The translations under genes were made by a program, and so were the position numbers. This document shows, in pieces, positions 20,489 through 29,470 of a DNA stretch of 64,000 bases. The DNA is from Bacteroidales bacterium (GTDB lineage: Bacteria > Bacteroidota > Bacteroidia > Bacteroidales > WCHB1-69). A model generated the notes under the pieces. The model was not told the origin of the DNA and made no database searches. It was given only the letters and a program-made list of their open reading frames with translations. Within the stretch, counting starts at the first letter, position 1, and every line of letters begins with the position of its first letter. The stretch spans positions 3,622-67,621 of the forward strand of contig JAIKWD010000004.1 of the NCBI GenBank assembly GCA_024685175.1. Reading direction: 5' to 3'.

Positions 20489-20494
20489 TTTTAC

Positions 20495-21040
20495 TCATTC
20501 TAATACTTCTAAAGTCATGGCAATGGGCATACGGCCGCGAACTCGATCGCCGTCGCCGCTCACCCCGTAAGCGAGGTAGGATGGGATTACCAACCGGGCT
20601 CGACTGCCATGTCGTAGCATGGGCGCTACTTCGTGCAAAGCCTCGAGCTCCTCGGAACGGGCCACCTTGAAAGTCTTGATGCCATCGTGGGTGGAGTCGT
20701 ATAGTGGCTCGCCGTTGAGCATGGTGATCTGGTATTTGAGCGATACCTCGTCGCCTTCTTGGAAGGTGTCGCCGTGCCCTGGCGCGAGAATCTGTACGTA
20801 GAGGCCAGTGCCCGTTCGCTCCATATCCCATTCGTATCGTTTGATGAATAGGCTCATCTCCTCGTCCTCCCAACGCATGATAGCCTTGTTGCCCTCGATG
20901 TATGGGGCTTCCTTGTCCTCTACGGGAGCCTTGTCGGTAGTGACTACCTTGCCAGTGCTCTTATTGCGGTTGCAAGCGGACAAAAGCGTTGCAACGCATA
21001 ACAGGGTTATGAGGATGATATGTGAACGGCACAAAACCAT
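20495..21040 (-). CDS. FKBP-type peptidyl-prolyl isomerase-like lipoprotein
   Basis: 181 aa. Lipobox LLSACN and a divergent FKBP-like C-terminal half (VSLKYQITMLNGEPLYDS...RLVIPSYLAYG). Confidence 0.65.
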   Translation of the reverse strand: MVLCRSHIILITLLCVATLLSACNRNKSTGKVVTTDKAPVEDKEAPYIEGNKAIMRWEDEEMSLFIKRYEWDMERTGTGLYVQILAPGHGDTFQEGDEVSLKYQITMLNGEPLYDSTHDGIKTFKVARSEELEALHEVAPMLRHGSRARLVIPSYLAYGVSGDGDRVRGRMPIAMTLEVLE

Positions 21041-21049
21041 ACGGATGGA

Positions 21050-22075
21050 CTATTTCTTGTTCTTGGCTGGTTTGACTTCTTGCTTGACGACTTTCTCAAA
21101 ATGCTTGATTGCCTCCTCAATGGTTCCATTGAAGAAAGCCCCGGCAGCATTGTGATGCCCCCCGCCATTAAAGTGTTTGCGAGCAAAGATGTTAACATCG
21201 AAATCTCCCTTCGAACGGAAAGACACACGCACCCGGTTCTCGCGATCGATGAAAAAAGCGGTAAACTGAACCACATCAATGGAGAGTCCATAGTTGACAA
21301 AGCCTTCCGTGTCACCAATTTTGAAGTCGTTTTCTTTTAAATCCTTTTTGGTAAGATACATATATGAAGCGCCATACTTGGGCATGACGGTGAGGCGTTG
21401 CGATAGGGCAAGCCCTAACAACTTCATGCGGCTAGTAGTGTAGTTGTCATACACTTTGCGGTGGATGGCTTCTCCGTTGATGCCCGAGGCGATGAGCTTG
21501 CGGAGTACGTCGTAGGTGCTGGGATGGTCACAAGCGTACGTCACAGAACCCGTATCCGTGATGATGCCTACGTAAAGAGCTTCGGCAATGGAACGTGTGA
21601 ACTTGCGCTTGGGCGTGAGCTTGCGATAGAGGAAGTTGTACACCAACTCGCTGGCGGAACTTGTCTGGGGCGTGGAGTACATGACATCACACTCAATGTC
21701 AGGCTGTACATGATGGTCGATGAGAATGCGAAATCCCTTGAACTTGGCGATTTGGTTCTGCAAATCCTGCCCGGCCCGATGAGGAGCGTTCATGTCCACA
21801 ATAAATAACATCTCAGCTTCCTTGATGGCCTTGCGGGCCTTGACAAGTTCATGTTGCGCAACGATGATGTCCTCACTGCCTTGCATCCAGTGCAAAAAAT
21901 CCGGAAATGCATTGGGGGAGACCACGGACACATCATATCCGTCGTCTTTAAAATAATGATAGAGTGCCAACGCACTACCCACGGCGTCCCCGTCAGGGTT
22001 GAAATGGAATACGATGGCGATTTTCTTTACTTTATCAAGGGCCTCTCTGACCTTTTGAATATCTTGCCGTTTCAA
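21050..22075 (-). CDS. nrnA: DHH-family phosphoesterase (NrnA-like oligoribonuclease/pAp phosphatase)
   Basis: 341 aa. Contains HFNPDGDAVGS, DHH (LIDHH), and a DHHA1-like end (GGGHHNAAG). Confidence 0.75.
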   Translation of the reverse strand: MKRQDIQKVREALDKVKKIAIVFHFNPDGDAVGSALALYHYFKDDGYDVSVVSPNAFPDFLHWMQGSEDIIVAQHELVKARKAIKEAEMLFIVDMNAPHRAGQDLQNQIAKFKGFRILIDHHVQPDIECDVMYSTPQTSSASELVYNFLYRKLTPKRKFTRSIAEALYVGIITDTGSVTYACDHPSTYDVLRKLIASGINGEAIHRKVYDNYTTSRMKLLGLALSQRLTVMPKYGASYMYLTKKDLKENDFKIGDTEGFVNYGLSIDVVQFTAFFIDRENRVRVSFRSKGDFDVNIFARKHFNGGGHHNAAGAFFNGTIEEAIKHFEKVVKQEVKPAKNKK

Positions 22076-22098
22076 TTCATATTAAATTTTAGAGCCGA

Positions 22099-22106
22099 CA
22101 AAAATA
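22099..22106 (-). promoter_or_regulatory. Bacteroidota -7 box TAnnTTTG
   Basis: TATTTTTG, 24 nt before nrnA. Confidence 0.55.
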
Positions 22107-22212
22107 CAAAAAAAACACACCTAATAAGTAATAATTATTTTGATAAAGTATGCTATGCGGGGAGTGTTTGTAATGAATGGAGACTTGCTGCATGATGTGG
22201 CTCGCCCAAAAC

Positions 22213-22836
22213 TTAGGCATTAATATCCTCGAGTTCCCCTTTGCCCTCACGGATAACGTCTATCTCGCCTGTTGTGCAGTCTAGCACGGTAGAAGGCGTG
22301 TTGTCGCCGTAACCGCCGTCAATGACAATATCCACCAGGTTGCCGTATTTCTCATGGATGAGTTCGGGGTCAGTGGTGTACTCAATCACCTCATCGTCGT
22401 CCTTGACAGAGGTGGAGAGGATAGGATGGCCCAGTTGGCGAACCACCTCGCGGATGATGTTGTTATCGGGCACGCGGATGCCGACAGTCTTCTTGTTGCT
22501 CTGCAATAGTTTGGGAACGTTGTTGTTTGCTTCCAAAATAAAGGTGAAGGGCCCGGGCAATGCCTTCTTCATGGTCTTGAAGATGTTGTTGGGGATGGGC
22601 TTGGTGAAATCTGACAGACTGCTCAGGTCCGAACAGATGAACGTCATGGCGTTTTTCTTCTTTCGGTCTCCTAAAATCTCCGTGATGCGCTCAATGCTTT
22701 TGGAACGGAAGATGTCGCACCCCATTCCATAAATGGTGTCAGTGGGATAAATGATGATGCCGCCGTCCTGTAAACACTTGACCACTTGGTCGATGGCTCG
22801 CTGGCTTGGATTTTCCGGATAGATTTTGATCAACAT
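22213..22836 (-). CDS. tsaC: L-threonylcarbamoyladenylate synthase (TsaC/YrdC/Sua5 family)
   Basis: Start moved to ATG 22836 (MLIKIYPENPS...IIIYPTDTIYGMGCD). The 43-codon extension in the ORF track runs across the SRP RNA. Confidence 0.8.
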   Translation of the reverse strand: MLIKIYPENPSQRAIDQVVKCLQDGGIIIYPTDTIYGMGCDIFRSKSIERITEILGDRKKKNAMTFICSDLSSLSDFTKPIPNNIFKTMKKALPGPFTFILEANNNVPKLLQSNKKTVGIRVPDNNIIREVVRQLGHPILSTSVKDDDEVIEYTTDPELIHEKYGNLVDIVIDGGYGDNTPSTVLDCTTGEIDVIREGKGELEDINA

Positions 22837-22876
22837 GATGTTATGGCGTGAATGATTGACGGCTACATAAAAAAAA

Positions 22877-22974
22877 GGGTAAGCTACTTGCATCGCATCG
22901 CTACAACCGACGTACCCTTGCTGTATTCCTACCCTGGGGGAGTTAGAAGGGAGCAGATCGTACAAGACTTACCC
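22877..22974 (-). ncRNA. ffs: signal recognition particle RNA (small bacterial 4.5S type)
   Basis: Minus-strand 98-nt RNA GGGUAAG...CUUACCC with 7-bp terminal pairing. The central domain-IV signature AGG-GUA-GGAA-UAC-AGCA is present (GNRA tetraloop hairpin at plus 22923-22932, AGCA at 22919-22922). A U-run follows on the minus strand (plus A-run 22869-22876). Confidence 0.7.
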
Positions 22975-23007
22975 GCCGCAAAAATAGGAAAATTTTCGTT
23001 TTGCGGC
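22975..23007 (-). terminator. hairpin after the decarboxylase gene, just upstream of ffs
   Basis: GCCGCAAAA-N15-TTTTGCGGC, with no downstream U-run. Confidence 0.4.
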
Positions 23008-24423
23008 CTAGTAGCCTAAAATTTTCAGCATTGACTTGTAACTCTGCTCTTTAGCGAAAAGCTTAGTGCAGATTTCGTCATCTTCGTCGCGGTAGATGAT
23101 GATGTGTTTCGGAGCTGGTGTCATGCAATGTTGTATGCCGCCATAACCGCCGAGTGCCTCTTGGTAGGCACCGGTGTTGAACAATCCGATGTATTGAATG
23201 TCTTCGCTGTTTTCGGTCGGATAGGCCTCCGACGCGATCTGGGGCAAGAACACGGCGTTCAGGTGCGCCTCCGAGTTGTAGTAGTCGTGACTGTCACACG
23301 TTAATCCACCCAAGAAAACACGCTCATAACCTTGATCCCAATGGTTGATGGCCAGGATGATGAACTGCTGGTTGATGGCCCATGTGTCAGGCAAGGTGGT
23401 CATGAACGAGCTGTCGATCATGTTCCACAACTCACGGTCGTTCTGACGCTTCTGCTGCAAAACGGAGAAAAGGACCGCACTGGCTTCACCTACGGTGTAG
23501 GAACCGAACTCGGTGAATATGTCTGGCTCCTCTACGCCTTCACGATTACATATTGTCTTGATCTGCGATACAATCTCTTCCGCCATGTACTCGTAGTCGT
23601 AATCGAAGGAGAGTGAACTCTTGATGGGGAAACCACCGCCGATGTTCAAGGAATCCAATTCGGGCGAGATCTTCTTGAGTTCACAATACATATTTACACA
23701 CTTGGTGAGCTCGTTCCAGTAGTATGCAGTGTCGTGAATACCGGTATTGATGAAGAAATGCAACATCTTCAACTCAAACTTCGGATTGTTTTTGATCTTC
23801 TCTTGGTAGAAAGGAATGATGTCATTGTATCGGATGCCAAGGCGAGAGGTGTAGAACTCGAACTGAGGCTCTTCCTCTGTGGCAATTCGTATGCCTACCT
23901 TACATTTGTTGTTGATGTTCTTGTCCAGCATGTCAAACTCTTTCTTGCTGTCCAACACGGGTATCGTGTTTGTAAAGCCCTTTTCCAACATCATTGAAAT
24001 GTTGTCAATATAGGGCTGACGCTTGAATCCGTTGCAGATGATGTAGTTGTCTTTCTGGAATTGTCCGTTTTCGGCCAACGTCTCTATAAGGTTTAGGTCG
24101 AATGCAGAGGAGGTCTCCAAATGTACATCGTTCTTCAGTACTTCCGAAAGGACAAACTCAAAATGAGAACTCTTGGTGCAATAACAATAGTGATAACTAC
24201 TCTTGTAGTCCGACTTGGCAATAGCTACATTGAACCAACGTTTCGCCTTCTGGATGTTCTGGGATATCTTGGGTAGATAGGTTATCTTAAGCGGCGTCCC
24301 ATACTGCTTGATGATGTCCATTAATGGTACTCCGTTGAATAACAATTCGTTGCCTTCAACGGTAAACTCTTCCTGCGGAAACTCGTAGGTCTGTGAAATG
24401 AGGTCGATGTACTTGGTTTTCAT
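23008..24423 (-). CDS. type III PLP-dependent decarboxylase (Orn/Arg/DAP decarboxylase fold)
   Basis: 471 aa. The N-terminal YGTPLKITYL and the CTKS lysine region resemble alanine-racemase-fold decarboxylases. The substrate cannot be determined from sequence. Confidence 0.65.
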   Translation of the reverse strand: MKTKYIDLISQTYEFPQEEFTVEGNELLFNGVPLMDIIKQYGTPLKITYLPKISQNIQKAKRWFNVAIAKSDYKSSYHYCYCTKSSHFEFVLSEVLKNDVHLETSSAFDLNLIETLAENGQFQKDNYIICNGFKRQPYIDNISMMLEKGFTNTIPVLDSKKEFDMLDKNINNKCKVGIRIATEEEPQFEFYTSRLGIRYNDIIPFYQEKIKNNPKFELKMLHFFINTGIHDTAYYWNELTKCVNMYCELKKISPELDSLNIGGGFPIKSSLSFDYDYEYMAEEIVSQIKTICNREGVEEPDIFTEFGSYTVGEASAVLFSVLQQKRQNDRELWNMIDSSFMTTLPDTWAINQQFIILAINHWDQGYERVFLGGLTCDSHDYYNSEAHLNAVFLPQIASEAYPTENSEDIQYIGLFNTGAYQEALGGYGGIQHCMTPAPKHIIIYRDEDDEICTKLFAKEQSYKSMLKILGY

Positions 24424-24452
24424 TTTCGGATCCGATTAATTTATTATGTCGA

Positions 24453-24460
24453 CAAAAATA
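24453..24460 (-). promoter_or_regulatory. Bacteroidota -7 box TAnnTTTG
   Basis: TATTTTTG, 30 nt before the decarboxylase gene. Confidence 0.55.
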
Positions 24461-24536
24461 ATAAATTAACTTACGTGGATTACGAAAAAATGTTACATCC
24501 GAGTGACTTGGATTGAAAATTTTTTAACAATCCAAT

Positions 24537-25172
24537 TTAGTTGTGATCACGTCGATTTTCACACTCGCAAATATCGGTGAAAAGTATTTCTGTGTATGGT
24601 AAAAGCTCTTTCATGGCTAAATATTCTGTTTTTGTTAGCGGAATTTGACGTAAATCCAGCGTATTTAAGCTGCTTTGTAGAGATTTTATCGTTTCAGGAA
24701 GAATATACAAAGGATTGTCCCATGCATCAATGTATGCGAGCTGCGTTAGATTGGATATTGCATCTGGTAGCGTCTCGACCATGTTTCTGCTAATGCATAG
24801 AAAACGTAGGTTTTTTAACTTTCCTATAGTTTCGGGCAACCTAACGAGCTTGTTCTTGTCCAGATTGAGGTATTGCAAACATTCTAATTTCTCTATGTTT
24901 TGATTGATACTATTAAGCTTGCATCCTTTGACTGTAAGCTCCCGAAGTTCTGTTAATTGGAATAATTCCTCAGGCAATGAGTCACGCAATGGAAGCTTCG
25001 TAAGCTTGAGGCGATATACTGGCGTGGGAGCATTTAGTGCTTCTTGTATTGTGGTGTATGTTCTACCATCATCGTCTTTTCCGTAGCGCGTGTCAGGTTC
25101 GCCCTGTGCATTAGCAAGGGATGTTTGACAAACTATTAAGAATGCTAAACAGACAAATTTTAATATGTTCAT
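24537..25172 (-). CDS. secreted leucine-rich-repeat (LRR) protein
   Basis: Start moved to ATG 25172, which gives a signal peptide (MNILKFVCLAFLIVCQTSLANAQ) and an ATGA overlap with the upstream gene. It has about 6 LxxLxxLxLxxNxL repeats. Confidence 0.8.
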   Translation of the reverse strand: MNILKFVCLAFLIVCQTSLANAQGEPDTRYGKDDDGRTYTTIQEALNAPTPVYRLKLTKLPLRDSLPEELFQLTELRELTVKGCKLNSINQNIEKLECLQYLNLDKNKLVRLPETIGKLKNLRFLCISRNMVETLPDAISNLTQLAYIDAWDNPLYILPETIKSLQSSLNTLDLRQIPLTKTEYLAMKELLPYTEILFTDICECENRRDHN

Positions 25173-25507
25173 TCTAAATATGTACCCTGTGCCCAGATGC
25201 AACGGATGACTGTGGCGTTCTCGAAGAAGTCGGGACAGCGCCCGTCACCATACCCCGTAATGCCACCAAAAACCGCCATCAATACGCCGCCGGAAGAGTA
25301 TAGATAGTCGCAGTTATCCGCGATGTCGGTCCTCCCACAGAAGAAGTATACGACCTGGCCGTGATATTGGCATTCGTCAACGCGGTCGATCGTGTTCGAT
25401 TGTTGGGAAATAAGCTGTCGGATGGCAGCAGGCACACTGCTTGGCGTGCTGCAACCCACAAGCAACAGACAGGCTGCTATGACGATGAAGGAGAATGCTT
25501 TTTTCAT
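25169..25507 (-). CDS. small Cys-rich lipoprotein, function unknown
   Basis: 112 aa. Lipobox LLVGC with 6 further Cys. ATGA overlaps at both ends. Confidence 0.6.
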   Translation of the reverse strand: MKKAFSFIVIAACLLLVGCSTPSSVPAAIRQLISQQSNTIDRVDECQYHGQVVYFFCGRTDIADNCDYLYSSGGVLMAVFGGITGYGDGRCPDFFENATVIRCIWAQGTYLE

Positions 25508-25926
25508 AATGGTGTGGTTTTAAAATGCAAAGATAATAAAAAAGCGGCTAGCGCACGGTCTTTTTCTAGTTGCTTCGACAAGGCGTCGCGATTCGCAAAA
25601 TGCTGTTCGTTACGAAGTTTGGAGACGATGACAAAGGAGATCTCCTGGCCATATAAATCACCGGTAAAATCAAAGAGGTTGATTTCATACGTTAATTCTG
25701 TGAGGCCCAAAGTCGGTCGCGTACCCACATACATCATTCCTCCGAACCGCCTGCCGTCCACATAGGCCCACACTGCGTATGCGCCTTTGGCAATAGCCGC
25801 ATTCCCGGATAGTTGTACATTGGCGGTGGGAAATCCCAGCCCTTCGCCGTTGTGCAAACCGTGTACCACCGTGCCGAAATACGGGCCGGCGGGTAGGGAA
25901 GTGATGCTGTCTTTTTGGGGTTCCAT
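25504..25926 (-). CDS. stand-alone riboflavin kinase (flavokinase domain only)
   Basis: 140 aa. GEGLGFPTANV...MYVGTRPT...EINLFDFTGDLYGQEISFVIVSKLRNEQHF matches the RibF C-terminal domain pattern. There is no FAD-synthetase half. Confidence 0.7.
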   Translation of the reverse strand: MEPQKDSITSLPAGPYFGTVVHGLHNGEGLGFPTANVQLSGNAAIAKGAYAVWAYVDGRRFGGMMYVGTRPTLGLTELTYEINLFDFTGDLYGQEISFVIVSKLRNEQHFANRDALSKQLEKDRALAAFLLSLHFKTTPL

Positions 25927-25946
25927 AATACTTATGACATGCTAGA

Positions 25947-27401
<1,455 letters not shown>

Positions 27402-27419
27402 CTTTTTTTATTGCTGTTG

Positions 27420-27439
27420 AGACAACGCATGCGTTATCT
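27420..27439 (-). terminator. near-perfect 20-bp palindrome between trxB stop and sufB start
   Basis: AGACAACGCATGCGTTATCT, with 1 mismatch. Confidence 0.4.
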
Positions 27440-27442
27440 GTA

Positions 27443-28390
27443 CTATAGGGGGTGCTCCATAAGAAATCGCGATGCCTCGATGCCGGCGATGGCGCCGGAT
27501 GCTGCGGCCACGATGGCTTGACGGTAGTGCGGGTCTTGCACGTCGCCTGCGGCGAAAACGCCCTCCACGCTGGTGTGGCCGTTGCCCGGGGTGGTGACGA
27601 TGTAGCCCTGCTCGTTGAGCTCCAGTTGGCCCTTGAACAGTTCAGATGCAGGGGTCACGCCTATGGCTTCGAAGACGCCATCCACGGCGATGGTCTGCTC
27701 TTCGTTGGTCTTGACGTTGCGCACTTGCAATCCCGTCACCTTCTTTATGAAACCCTGTTGCTCGCCCATGATGTCGACGGGCACGGTGTCCCAGAGTACT
27801 TCAATGTTCTCGGCTTTCAACACTTGAGTCTGCAAAGACTTGGTCCCGCGGAACTCGTCGCGGCGGTGCACGATGTAGACCTTGTTGCAGAGGGTCGACA
27901 GGTACAGGGCGTCTTCCAGGGCGGTGTCGCCGCCGCCGATGACGACAGTAGTCTTCTTGCGGAAGAAGTTGCCGTCGCAAGTGGCACATGTGGAGACACC
28001 ATAGCCGCGATACTTCTGCTCGCTGGGCATTCCCAACCATCGGGCGTTGGCACCGGTGGCCACGACCACAGTGTCGGCGATGATTTCCGTGCCGTTGTCC
28101 AACTGACAATGGAACGGGCGACTGGAGAAGTCGACCTTCGTGACGGTGGCGGCACGCATCTCGGTGCCCACGCGGAGCGCCTGCTGACGGATATCCTCCA
28201 TAATGACGGGACCGGTGGAACCGTCGGGATAGCCGGGAAAGTTCTCCACTTCGTTGGTGATGGTGAGCTGGCCGCCGGGCTGTATGCCCTCAATCAACAA
28301 GGGCTTTAACTCGGCTCTGGAAAGGTAGATGCCTGCCGTGTAACCTGCAGGACCTGAACCAATTATAAGGGCTTTTACGTGTTCTGACAT
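27443..28390 (-). CDS. trxB: thioredoxin-disulfide reductase
   Basis: 315 aa. Contains GSGPAGYTAG, redox CATCDG, and GGGDTALE. Confidence 0.95.
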   Translation of the reverse strand: MSEHVKALIIGSGPAGYTAGIYLSRAELKPLLIEGIQPGGQLTITNEVENFPGYPDGSTGPVIMEDIRQQALRVGTEMRAATVTKVDFSSRPFHCQLDNGTEIIADTVVVATGANARWLGMPSEQKYRGYGVSTCATCDGNFFRKKTTVVIGGGDTALEDALYLSTLCNKVYIVHRRDEFRGTKSLQTQVLKAENIEVLWDTVPVDIMGEQQGFIKKVTGLQVRNVKTNEEQTIAVDGVFEAIGVTPASELFKGQLELNEQGYIVTTPGNGHTSVEGVFAAGDVQDPHYRQAIVAAASGAIAGIEASRFLMEHPL

Positions 28391-28411
28391 ATCGTTTGTG
28401 GTTTAAGGGTG

Positions 28412-28419
28412 CAAAGATA
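28412..28419 (-). promoter_or_regulatory. Bacteroidota -7 box TAnnTTTG
   Basis: TATCTTTG, 22 nt before trxB. Confidence 0.55.
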
Positions 28420-28432
28420 CAAAAAATGCAGC

Positions 28433-28460
28433 TTAGTGAGGAGTTAGGAGTGAAGGGTGA
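28433..28460 (+). repeat. purine-rich heptamer array x4
   Basis: TTAGTGA GGAGTTA GGAGTGA AGGGTGA. Confidence 0.75.
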
Positions 28461-28463
28461 CTT

Positions 28464-28524
28464 TATCTCTATCATCTCTCATCTCAAGTCTTAAATCTCT
28501 ATTCTCAAATCCCAAATCATTCCC
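28464..28524 (-). repeat. pyrimidine-rich heptamer array x8
   Basis: TCATCTC TCATCTC AAGTCTT AAATCTC TATTCTC AAATCCC AAATCAT (approximate phase). Confidence 0.7.
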
Positions 28525-28538
28525 GCCCCCAGACTATC

Positions 28539-28570
28539 GGTTCATTGAATTATTGGTTCATTGGATTATT
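28539..28570 (-). repeat. octamer array GGTTCATT GAATTATT GGTTCATT GGATTATT
   Basis: Same GGTTCATT unit and 16-nt spacing as at 323-346. Confidence 0.8.
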
Positions 28571-28703
28571 GTTTTTTTTCTTTTGCTCTGAAAAACAAAA
28601 CCGTATACTATTGTTAATCAATACGATATGTAAATTTTAAAGTGTTGTCACGCCAAAAGAAAAAAAACTTCAAGATATAAGTTGTTAATAATCAAAAAAA
28701 ATG

Positions 28704-28711
28704 TATTTTTG
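28704..28711 (+). promoter_or_regulatory. Bacteroidota -7 box TAnnTTTG
   Basis: TATTTTTG, 44 nt before rplS. Confidence 0.55.
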
Positions 28712-28754
28712 CAGCCTCAAAAAATAAGCGTAAAAATTTAAAAGAGATATAGAG

Positions 28755-29111
28755 ATGAAACAAGAATTGATTCAGTACGTAGAGGACAATTTCATTACAA
28801 AACAAGAATTTCCGAAATTTAAGGCTGGTGACACTGTCACTGTTTCCTATAGAATCGTGGAAGGCTCCAAGGAGCGTATCCAGCAATTCCAAGGCGTGGT
28901 ATTGCAAATTAACGGTTCTGGCGCTACCAAGACTTTCACCGTTAGAAAGATTTCCAGCGGTATCGGCGTTGAGAGAATTTTCCCGTTCACAACTCCGATG
29001 ATTGCCGGTCTGACCGTCAACAAACGCGGTGTTGTAAGACGCGCTCGTATTTACTACTTCCGTGATCTTACTGGCAAGAAAGCCCGTATCAAAGAACGCA
29101 GAGGCCAATAG
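28755..29111 (+). CDS. rplS: 50S ribosomal protein L19
   Basis: 118 aa. [28 protein letters not shown]...[10 protein letters not shown] -7 box lies 44 nt upstream and a terminator follows downstream. Confidence 0.95.
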   Translation: MKQELIQYVEDNFITKQEFPKFKAGDTVTVSYRIVEGSKERIQQFQGVVLQINGSGATKTFTVRKISSGIGVERIFPFTTPMIAGLTVNKRGVVRRARIYYFRDLTGKKARIKERRGQ

Positions 29112-29133
29112 TCTTGGTAAACGCAAAACAAAA

Positions 29134-29166
29134 AAGAGGATGGACATTGTTCATCCTCTTTTTTTA
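29134..29166 (+). terminator. intrinsic terminator after rplS
   Basis: AAGAGGATG-N9-CATCCTCTT followed by T-run. Confidence 0.8.
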
Positions 29167-29178
29167 TTCCTCAACGAA

Positions 29179-29212
29179 TAAAAAAAAGGGTTGCTTTTTG
29201 AGAACAACCCTT
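29179..29212 (-). terminator. intrinsic terminator of the tRNA-Pro/tRNA-Arg unit
   Basis: Minus strand reads AAGGGTTG-N11-CAACCCTT followed by U9. Confidence 0.8.
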
Positions 29213-29223
29213 TCGTGATAATG

Positions 29224-29297
29224 TGATTCCGCTGCGACTCGAACGCAGAACCTGCTGCTTAGAAGGCAGCTGCTCTATCCAGTTGAGCTACGGAACC
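29224..29297 (-). tRNA. tRNA-Arg (anticodon UCU)
   Basis: Hand-folded 74-nt cloverleaf: acceptor GGTTCCG/CGGAATC, anticodon loop CTTCTAA, T-loop TTCGAGT, discriminator A. CCA is not encoded. Confidence 0.9.
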
Positions 29298-29312
29298 AAC
29301 GCCTTTATCCGG

Positions 29313-29387
29313 TCGGGATAGCCTGATTCGAACAGGCGACCTCCTGCTCCCAAAGCAGGCGCGATAACCGGACTACGCTATATCCCG
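29313..29387 (-). tRNA. tRNA-Pro (anticodon UGG)
   Basis: Hand-folded 75-nt cloverleaf: acceptor CGGGATA/TATCCCG, anticodon loop TTTGGGA, T-loop TTCGAAT. A -7 box ends 12 nt upstream of the 5' end. Confidence 0.9.
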
Positions 29388-29398
29388 ATTTGAGGCCG

Positions 29399-29406
29399 CA
29401 AAAATA
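29399..29406 (-). promoter_or_regulatory. Bacteroidota -7 box TAnnTTTG
   Basis: TATTTTTG, 12 nt before the tRNA-Pro 5' end. Confidence 0.6.
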
Positions 29407-29470
29407 CACTTTTTTCCATTATCTTGGACGATAACGAAGATGTTTTTTTCACAAGCCCAAAATGAGATAT

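Noticed and set aside
22837-22965. N-terminal 43-codon extension of the tsaC ORF.
   Set aside because: It overlaps the SRP RNA and has no homology-like content. The conserved TsaC sequence begins at the Met at 22836.
28561-28754. Structured leader or riboswitch upstream of rplS, or a small RNA in the 364-bp trxB-rplS gap.
   Set aside because: The region is AT-rich and repeat-built, with no convincing conserved stems. The -7 box at 28704 leaves only a ~35-40-nt leader.
28692-29147. 151-aa minus-strand ORF.
   Set aside because: It is antisense to rplS, which is unambiguous.
29224-29470. tRNA pair as an integration hotspot or genomic-island boundary.
   Set aside because: There is no integrase, no direct repeat of a tRNA 3' end and no obviously foreign gene block next to it. 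The flanks are rplS and FKBP/membrane genes with normal promoters and terminators.
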